Shown here one piece after another: positions 56,002-64,000 of a stretch of DNA of 64,000 nucleotides; positions within the stretch are counted from its first letter, which is position 1; every line of letters starts with the position of its first letter. Under the pieces are notes generated by a model. That model saw nothing but the letters and a program-made list of their open reading frames with translations, did not search any database and had not been told where the DNA came from. The stretch spans positions 64,001-128,000 of the forward strand of contig CAWJIM010000002.1 of assembly GCA_963842945.1 (NCBI GenBank), in the 5' to 3' direction. Both the position numbers and the translations under genes were made by a program. This DNA comes from an uncultured Gemmatimonadales bacterium. GTDB taxonomy: Bacteria > Gemmatimonadota > Gemmatimonadetes > Gemmatimonadales > GWC2-71-9.

Positions 56002-56987
56002 TCAACCGAAGTGGTCGAACCCTCGCAGCTCGACGGCCCGACCCTCGAGGAAGAATCGAACGCCTTTCCCTGCCTTTATGGTGCCGATTCGGGTCACGGG
56101 AATGCCCCGAAACTCGAGCGAATTCAGCCGCGGCATCGAAGTCCGGCGGCAGCGCCACCAGCAGCTCGAAGTCTTCGCCCCCCTCGGCGGCAAAGCGCAT
56201 GGGCGATTGCCCCAGCCGGTTTGCTTCCTGACTTACCCCGTCCGCCAGCGGCAGCAGAGCGAGATCGATATCCACCGCGACGCCCGAAGCCGCGGCGAGG
56301 TGCGCCGCGTCGCCGCCGAGCCCGTCGCTGAGATCGAGCATGGCCCGAGCGCCGTGCTGCGCCAGCCACCGCCCTGCGGTGATCCTGGGCTCCGGATGGG
56401 CATAGCGCCGCCGGGCTTCGGCCTGAGGCTCCCCACCTCGGCGCCAAGCCTCCAGCGCGGCGCGGGACCCGCCCAGCGCACCGGTCACCCAGAGCGCGTC
56501 ACCGGGTCTTGCACCGGCGCGGGTCACCGGCCGGCTGGTCTCTCCAATTACTGTGACCGCGATACTCCAGGCAGGGCCGGACGAGAGATCCCCTCCTGAT
56601 ACGGTGGCCCCGACCGAGGCGGCGGCGGCGCCCACACCCTGCATCACCTTCAGCAGATCGGCGGACTGGTCCGCGCCCTCGCGGTATTGTCACCGCAGAG
56701 AGCAACCCCAGTGGCTCGGCGCCTTCCGCGGCCAAATCGGAGAGCGCGGCCGCCGCGGCGCGCCACCCTGCCTCCTCCAGCGAGATCCAGTCACGCCGGA
56801 AGTGGACGCCCTCGACGCTCACGTCGGTGCTGAGCGCGAAGAACCCGTCACCCGAAGGAAAGAGAGCGCAGTCGTCGCCCAGACCAGCGGCGCGCGAGCC
56901 CAGCACCTGGATGATCCCCCGAATCCGGTCGAACTCCGCGCCTGGACCCAGTGCGATACTCCGCCCCGGGCCCGCTTCGGGCTTCAC
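56002..56987 (-). CDS. thiL: Thiamine-monophosphate kinase; frameshifted
   Basis: EFDRI, GLGDDCA, EGVHF, LSDLAA, GGDL, RAGARPGD, DLSDGL, GGEDFELL, GFDHF. Confidence 0.93.
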
Positions 56988-58550
56988 GGGCGGATGACGT
57001 TGAGCCGGAAGCGCACCAGGCCGCCGTCGGTCGCGACCCAGAGATATTCCTCGTCCACCGCGAGATCGTTGGCGGCACCGGGGAGGTCGCCTTCCCGGAG
57101 CGGACGGAGCGGCGGGGTCGTGAGCCGGGCAAAGCCGACGCCTCGATCACCGGCGACCCAGAATCCCTCCCGGTCGGCCACGAAGCGCCTGAGCCTTCCC
57201 AGCAGGCCCGAGAGGTTGGGACCCAGGGTCCACTGGCGGCTGCGGGGATTGCGCCAGAGGAGCTGATCCCGAGTGAGCGCCACGAGCGTATCGGCGAGCG
57301 GAGCCAGGTCGACCACATCGGCCTGCAGGCTGGGAGAAGACAGCTCGGCCGGGCGCACCAGATTTTGCTCGTCCGGCAGGGCGAGGAGCAGCCCTGCTGG
57401 AGTACCGGCCCAGACCGAGTCGCCCGAAGGAAACACGGCGTACACCGCATCACTGTACTGCGGCGCAATGCGCTCGACCCGGAGCGAGTCGCTCAGCCGG
57501 GCGGCTCCATGCGCCGTGCCCACGACGATCCGGCCGGCGCGCGAGACGATCGAGTACACCCGGCTGTCGGGAAGACCCTGCCGCTGATCCACCAGCCGGA
57601 CGCTGCTGTCCGACGGCTCCACCCGGGCCACCCCGAAATCGGTGGCCGCCCAGACCGCCTTTCCCTGTCCCGCCAGCTCTTTCACCTGACTGAAGGGCGT
57701 TCCGATCGCGGAGGTCCCGGGCAAGGAAAGGAAGCGCGCCAGATCGGTGGATACGAAGGTGAGCGCGGCGTCGTTGAAGGAGGTCCGGTCGGTGGCGGCC
57801 CAGACCCCGCCCGGCCAGCTGAAGACGGCGCTCACGCGGTTACCCGGGAGCCCAAAGCTCAGTCGCTCCGGCAGCGGTGACCCATCAGCCAGGTAGAGAA
57901 CCCCGAGTCCGGAGGTTCCCAGATACCAGCCGCGATTGTCGAACGAGCGGGCGGCAGCGGTGTAGCGGACGGTGCGGAGGCGATTATCGGTGAGAATATT
58001 TGCGGCGTTGGCCTGGAGCGCCGGGTTGGCTCGGATCGCCTCGGCTACGGTCTGCGGCGCGGTGGGGTTAGCCGGCGGCGGTGAGGGTTGAGGAAACGTT
58101 GCCCCGCGGGGGACCAGTTGCCATCCTGAGCGAGTCCGCAGGAACAGGCCGACGCCGGGATTGTCCTGATCGAACGCGATGGCCTGTATCCCCTCGGGAA
58201 CCAGCCCCTGGTCCCAGAGCTGAATGTCCGGCTGGTAGTGGATCCAGCGATCCGTTCGTGCCAGCCAGAGCGAGTTGTCCAGCGGATCGGTGAGACCGGC
58301 AAACACCTGGGTCAGCAGGTTGCGGTCCGGAGGATCGAAGGAGCCCTCCCAGCGCTGGAACTGCGGGATTCCAGATCAGGACGCCGCTGGTCGACACCAT
58401 GTACACCCGCTCGGCGGAGGCGGCGATGGCATTGATCCGGCTGAAGTCGCCGATGACGGTGCGATCTTCGGGTCGCCAGTCCCGGCTGAACGACTGAGCG
58501 TGGCCGCGCGGGGGGCAGATCAGGAGGACAACGACAAGCAAGCGACGCAT
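56984..58550 (-). CDS. Secreted beta-propeller protein (two-component regulator-propeller-like repeats); frameshift near 58365
   Basis: Signal peptide MRRLLVVVLLICPPRGHAQ; repeated GLPGNRV / GLPDSRV / VWAATDFGV / LWVATDGGL blades. Confidence 0.7.
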
Positions 58551-58582
58551 GGCAAGAATCTATACCGCCCCGGGACGCGACC

Positions 58583-60133
58583 TCAGGTCGTCTGGGGGCG
58601 GGGGAGCTCGAATAGGATCGGTGCTCGTGGCGCCGGCCGCTCGGCTCGAAGCAGCTCCCATTCCCGCCAGAGATCGGGCAACGCGCTTACCACGTCCATC
58701 GGGCGAAGCGCCCGAGCCGTGTGACGTCGCGCAGCGAGGTCTGCGGCGCGTCCCAGCGCCTGCGCAGCCAGAGCGGCGGCGGCGGCCGGGTCCAGTCCCT
58801 GAGCCAGTCCGGTGCTCACCAGTCCGGTGAGTACGTCGCCGCTGCCGCCGGTGGCCAGCCCCGGATTGCCGGCGGCCACGGTCAGAAGCGAAGCACCAGG
58901 TGCTGCCACCACGCTGGGAACTCCCTTCAACAGCACGGTGGCGCCTACGGCCTGCGCGGCGCTCGCCGCCGCGGACCAGGGATCGAGCTCACGGACCGAA
59001 GCCAGATCGGGAAACAGGGTGCGGAACTCACCCGGATGCGGGGTCAGCACCAACGGCCGCCCTCGAGCAAGCTGCGCCAGCTCGGTCACCCGTCCGCCGA
59101 AAGCCACCAGTGCGTCGGCGTCGAGCACCGCTGTCTTGGCCACCTCAACCAGCGAGGCAACCAGCTCCCGCCTCCCCTGCTCCCGGCCGAGGCCGGGCCC
59201 AATCGCAAGCACATCGGCTTTCTGGACCAGGTCGAGCAGGGCCGCGCTGGCCGGCTGATCGAACGGGTGGGCCAGAGTCTGGAGATCAGGCTCGGCCTGC
59301 ACCAGTGCCGCCACCGTCTCCGGCGGGGCCACCGCGTGGACCAGACCGGCCCCTGCGGCAAATGCTGCCCGAGCCGCCATCCGGATTGCGCCGGTCATAC
59401 CGGCCGCTCCGCCCACTATGACCACTCGGCCGCGGGTGCCCTTGTGATCCCGCGCCTGGAGCCGGTGCAGCCATTCGACGGCCTGAGCGTCGGTAACCAG
59501 GGTGGGCCAGGCCGGATCGGGCGTCGGGAGGCCGATATCGACCACAACCACGTTGCCCACTTCATCACGGGCGAGCACATGTCCCCGGCGCAATCCGCCG
59601 AAGGTCACCGTGAGATCGGCGCGAATGGGGCCGTGCACGACGCCGGTCGAGAGATCCACCCCGGTCGGCCCGTCTATTGCCAGCACCGGGATCTCGAGAT
59701 CGTGGATCCGTTCGACCAGCGAAGCCATGGCGGGACGTGGAGCGCCGGAAGCGCCGGTGCCGAGCAGCGCATCCACCGCGAGCGCCACGGTGGGCCAGGG
59801 ACCATCGGGACTCACCTCCCGCACGCCTTCGGCCCGCGCCAGCCGCGCCATCCTCTCGCACAGCTCGGATGCAGGTGGGCTGGATGTGACCCAGACCGGC
59901 ACCTCCAGACGGTGCAGCGCCCGGGCGAGGACCCATCCATCGCCCCCGTTGTTGCCCGGTCCCGCCGCCACCAGCACGCCGGCCCGAAGCAGGTGCGCGT
60001 AGCGGTCCGAGAGCACGACGGCCACCGCGCGCCCTGCACTCTCCATCAGGGTGGCCAGCTCGACGCCTGCGGCAACCGCCCGCTGGTCCCAGCTTTTCGA
60101 TTGTTCGGGGGTGAGGATGGGGATGGTGGGCAT
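58583..60133 (-). CDS. nnr: Bifunctional NAD(P)H-hydrate epimerase/dehydratase
   Basis: LMESAG, GPGNNGGDG, DALLGTG, HKGTRG, IGPGLG, LDADAL, LTPHPGEF, LATGGSGDVL. Confidence 0.95.
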   Translation of the reverse strand: MPTIPILTPEQSKSWDQRAVAAGVELATLMESAGRAVAVVLSDRYAHLLRAGVLVAAGPGNNGGDGWVLARALHRLEVPVWVTSSPPASELCERMARLARAEGVREVSPDGPWPTVALAVDALLGTGASGAPRPAMASLVERIHDLEIPVLAIDGPTGVDLSTGVVHGPIRADLTVTFGGLRRGHVLARDEVGNVVVVDIGLPTPDPAWPTLVTDAQAVEWLHRLQARDHKGTRGRVVIVGGAAGMTGAIRMAARAAFAAGAGLVHAVAPPETVAALVQAEPDLQTLAHPFDQPASAALLDLVQKADVLAIGPGLGREQGRRELVASLVEVAKTAVLDADALVAFGGRVTELAQLARGRPLVLTPHPGEFRTLFPDLASVRELDPWSAAASAAQAVGATVLLKGVPSVVAAPGASLLTVAAGNPGLATGGSGDVLTGLVSTGLAQGLDPAAAAALAAQALGRAADLAARRHTARALRPMDVVSALPDLWREWELLRAERPAPRAPILFELPRPQTT

Positions 60134-60156
60134 GTACAGAGGTGAAGTGCTAAGAA

Positions 60157-60274
60157 CGTGAGCGGGAGTCAAGAGCGTGAGCGGTGAGCGGAGGTCTCCG
60201 GTCGCTGTGGATCAGCTCCGGGATGAGATCCCGTACGCATTCCTCCCGCTCACCGCTCACCCGCTTACCCGCTC
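60157..60274. repeat. Inverted heptamer element (GTGAGCG / CGCTCAC)
   Basis: GTGAGCGGTGAGCGG (60177-60191) is the exact reverse complement of CCGCTCACCGCTCAC (60246-60260), with extra units on both arms. Confidence 0.9.
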
Positions 60275-60468
60275 TACTTATAGCTCTGCCCAATCGCGCG
60301 GCCGAAACTGATTTCGCCGTTATCGATTCGCAGATTGAAGCCGCAGTCGGGATTGGTGCAGACCCACGCTTTGTAGGTGATGGGCGCGCCCTCGCGGCCA
60401 TAATCGGAAAGTGGAATGAGGGTTCCCTGCGAGCACTTCTGACAGGCCGGCCACTCCTTCGTCTCCAT
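60274..60468 (-). CDS. Small zinc-ribbon protein (64 aa)
   Basis: GGAGG RBS; METKEWPACQKC...WVCTNPDCGFNLRIDNG. Confidence 0.75.
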   Translation of the reverse strand: METKEWPACQKCSQGTLIPLSDYGREGAPITYKAWVCTNPDCGFNLRIDNGEISFGRAIGQSYK

Positions 60469-60484
60469 GTTCCCTCCCGTCGCG

Positions 60485-60871
60485 CTAGGCGCCGCGCAGC
60501 CCCTGCCATTCATAGGTATCGCCGAACACATCGGCGAACTGGTACACTCCTTCGAAATCGGATTCAGTATCTCCCGGCTGGGTGACCAGGAGTCCAACCT
60601 CCACCAGGGTGAAGACGATTCGGCCGATGTCCTCGGTGCGGGTGATGCCCCAGTGGGTCAGCACTCCCTGAGCCAGGAGCCCGAACTGCTGCTGGGCGAA
60701 GTCCCGGCAGGCCCAGGCCAGCTCGGGCCCGCTCACGTGGCGGCGAATCTCGAGGCGGGTCTGAAGAAATTCGATGGTTGCCAGTACGAAGAGATACGCG
60801 CGCTCGTGATACTGGCCTCCCCGGGCGCGAATGCGTGCCATCACGTCGTCTGCCAGCTGCAGCTCGTTCAC
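60485..60871 (-). CDS. Minf_1886-family protein
   Basis: AYLFVL..RRHVSGPEL..FAQQQFGLLA..VLTHWGI..TEDIGRIVFTLVE..DF. Confidence 0.8.
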   Translation of the reverse strand: MNELQLADDVMARIRARGGQYHERAYLFVLATIEFLQTRLEIRRHVSGPELAWACRDFAQQQFGLLAQGVLTHWGITRTEDIGRIVFTLVEVGLLVTQPGDTESDFEGVYQFADVFGDTYEWQGLRGA

Positions 60872-60881
60872 TGATGTGCCC

Positions 60882-62189
<1,308 letters not shown>

Positions 62190-62193
<4 letters not shown>

Positions 62194-62634
62194 CCATTCT
62201 CCTGATCGATCTTCTCCACCCTGCGTACGTGGCGGCCGCCGGCGAACTGCGTCTCCAGCCAGGTCTTCAGAATTTCGACTCCCTCATCCTCGCTCACGAA
62301 ACGAGCGGGCAGGATGAGGATGTTCGCATCGTTGTGCTCCCGCGCCAGCTTCGCGATCTCAGGATTCCAGGCCACCGCCGCCCGAACGCCCCGATGCCGG
62401 TTGGCCGCGTACGACATGCCGAGCCCACTTCCGCAGAGCAGGACGCCGCGGCTGGCGTGGTGCTGCTCCACTTCCGACGCGACCTTGTGGGCGAAGTCCG
62501 GATAGTCGGTCGATTCCGGACTGTGAGTGCCCAGGTCCAGAGGCTCGTATCCCAGCTCCCGCAGCTGCTCCGACCATCCGTTCCTTCAGCTGATAGCCGG
62601 CGTGATCCGATCCGATTGGTATGACTTCGGCCAT
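62190..62634 (-). CDS. rpiB: Ribose-5-phosphate isomerase B; frameshifted
   Basis: [39 protein letters not shown]. Confidence 0.93.
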
Positions 62635-63908
62635 TGGTCGTAAGGTAAGGATGGACGGGAAAGACGGGAAGGTTGCTGAAGGGAGTCGTGATGTACCCCC
62701 ACACCCTGCTGTCCGCCAACGCCACGCCCCCGCTGTCCCCCCATCCACATCCGATCCAGTCCGGCCACCGCGGCGATCCGCTGCTCGGCCAGCCGGTCTG
62801 CCGCCCGGTAGGTGGGGATCTTCTCCTGCCTGGCGATGTCGAAGATCCGGAGCAGGGTCTCGTAGATCTCGCCCGCCTTCTTCTTGGCCCGCTCCACCGG
62901 CCACCGGTGCAGCTCACCGTACACGTTGATCACGCCGCCGCCGTTGATGACGTAATCCGGGGCGTAGAGAATCCCGCGCTGCTCCAGCAGATCGCCGTGG
63001 CGATCCTCGGCCAGCTGGTTGTTGGCGCCCCCGGCAATGACCTCGACCTTGAGCCGGGGCAGCGTGTCGTCATTGACCGTGGCGCCAAGCGCGCAAGGAG
63101 CGTAGACGTCGGCCTTCTGGTCGTAGATCTCCTCCGGGCTGACCGACTTGGCGCCGGTCTCCTCAACCACCTTCTTCACCTTCTCCGCATCGATATCGGT
63201 GACGATCAGCTTGGCGCCCTCGGCATGGAGATACTGGGCCAGATGCGTCGCCACCTTCCCGCAGCCCTGGACCGCCACCGTCTTGCCGGTCAGGTCGTCC
63301 TTGCCCCAGCGAACCCGGGCGGCTGCTTTCATCCCCACGTAAACGCCGTACGCCGTGACCGGCGACGGGTCGCCCGAGAGGCCGAGGAGACCGGCGACGT
63401 GGTCGGTCTCCAGCTTGATGTACTCCATGTCGGCCGGGCTGGTGCCGATGTCCTCGGCGGTGATGTAGCGGCCGCCCAGGGTCTCGATGAACCGGCCGTG
63501 GGCCCGGAAGAGGGCTTCGCGGTCGGCCCGCCGGTTGTCCCCGATGATGACCGACTTGCCGCCACCGAGATTGATGCCGGCCACCGCCGACTTGTAGGTC
63601 ATGCCCCGGGAGAGCCGCAGCGCATCGGTGATCGCTTCATCGGTGCTGCCGTACTGCCAGAACCGGGTCCCGCCGAGCGCCGGGCCCAGCGTCGTATCAT
63701 GAATCGCGACGATGCCGAAGTAGCCACAGGAAGGGTCGTGGGACAGCAGGATCTGCTCGTGACCCATGGTCTGCATCTGGGCGAAGACATCGGAGGGAGC
63801 GGCGGACCCGTGCCGGGGTGAGCGCGGAGCCAGGTCGCTCTCCAGCGCCGACACTACGGCTCCGCCGAAGCCCGAGCGGTTACCGCCCAGGTTTTTGCTC
63901 GTAGTCAT
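62586..63908 (-). CDS. Leu/Phe/Val dehydrogenase
   Basis: [63 protein letters not shown]; the C-terminus runs about 50 bp into rpiB. Confidence 0.93.
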   Translation of the reverse strand: MTTSKNLGGNRSGFGGAVVSALESDLAPRSPRHGSAAPSDVFAQMQTMGHEQILLSHDPSCGYFGIVAIHDTTLGPALGGTRFWQYGSTDEAITDALRLSRGMTYKSAVAGINLGGGKSVIIGDNRRADREALFRAHGRFIETLGGRYITAEDIGTSPADMEYIKLETDHVAGLLGLSGDPSPVTAYGVYVGMKAAARVRWGKDDLTGKTVAVQGCGKVATHLAQYLHAEGAKLIVTDIDAEKVKKVVEETGAKSVSPEEIYDQKADVYAPCALGATVNDDTLPRLKVEVIAGGANNQLAEDRHGDLLEQRGILYAPDYVINGGGVINVYGELHRWPVERAKKKAGEIYETLLRIFDIARQEKIPTYRAADRLAEQRIAAVAGLDRMWMGGQRGRGVGGQQGVGVHHDSLQQPSRLSRPSLPYDQWPKSYQSDRITPAIS

Positions 63909-64000
63909 AAAATCCTTTCCCGGTTTTCCGGCCCAGATGGCCAGCCGCAACCATTTTCCGCAGCAGAGGACAGGGACGATACTTGTCATCGCCCAGGCCC

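Overview
High-GC bacterial chromosome segment. Gene order and protein styles suggest Gemmatimonadota (my inference; no search was run). Almost all genes are on the minus strand. In transcription order (high to low coordinates): Leu/Phe/Val dehydrogenase, rpiB, glyA, Minf_1886-family protein, small Zn-ribbon protein, nnr, beta-propeller protein, thiL, eno, ftsB and tRNA-Met. Next is an ~8 kb accessory block: XRE-cupin regulator, response regulator, split LigD Pol and PE genes, and the only clear + strand gene, a repeat-containing lipoprotein metallopeptidase. Then come tilS-hpt-ftsH-folP-DUF2723, a low-GC four-helix-bundle gene flanked by inverted short-repeat arrays, and yggS-divIVA-PNP-ileS-dksA-lspA-rluD. 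These run directly into a 17 kb signalling cluster in which a complete receptor-less Che system (CheW x3, Y, A, C, R, D, B) is split around TPR proteins, two DUF4388/MshEN-motif proteins, three Roadblock proteins, an MglA GTPase and a tandem double DnaA-type AAA+ protein with no DNA-binding domain. The window ends with a gluzincin peptidase, tRNA-Val, a secreted TPR protein, tRNA-Asp and the dcw cluster (rsmH-ftsL-ftsI-murE-murF-mraY-murD-ftsW-murG). Many essential genes between ~34.5 and 57 kb carry indels, most likely long-read consensus errors. The two best candidates for undescribed systems are the Che/Mgl/double-DnaA polarity-type module and the family of intergenic inverted short-repeat elements, one of which encloses a four-helix-bundle gene.
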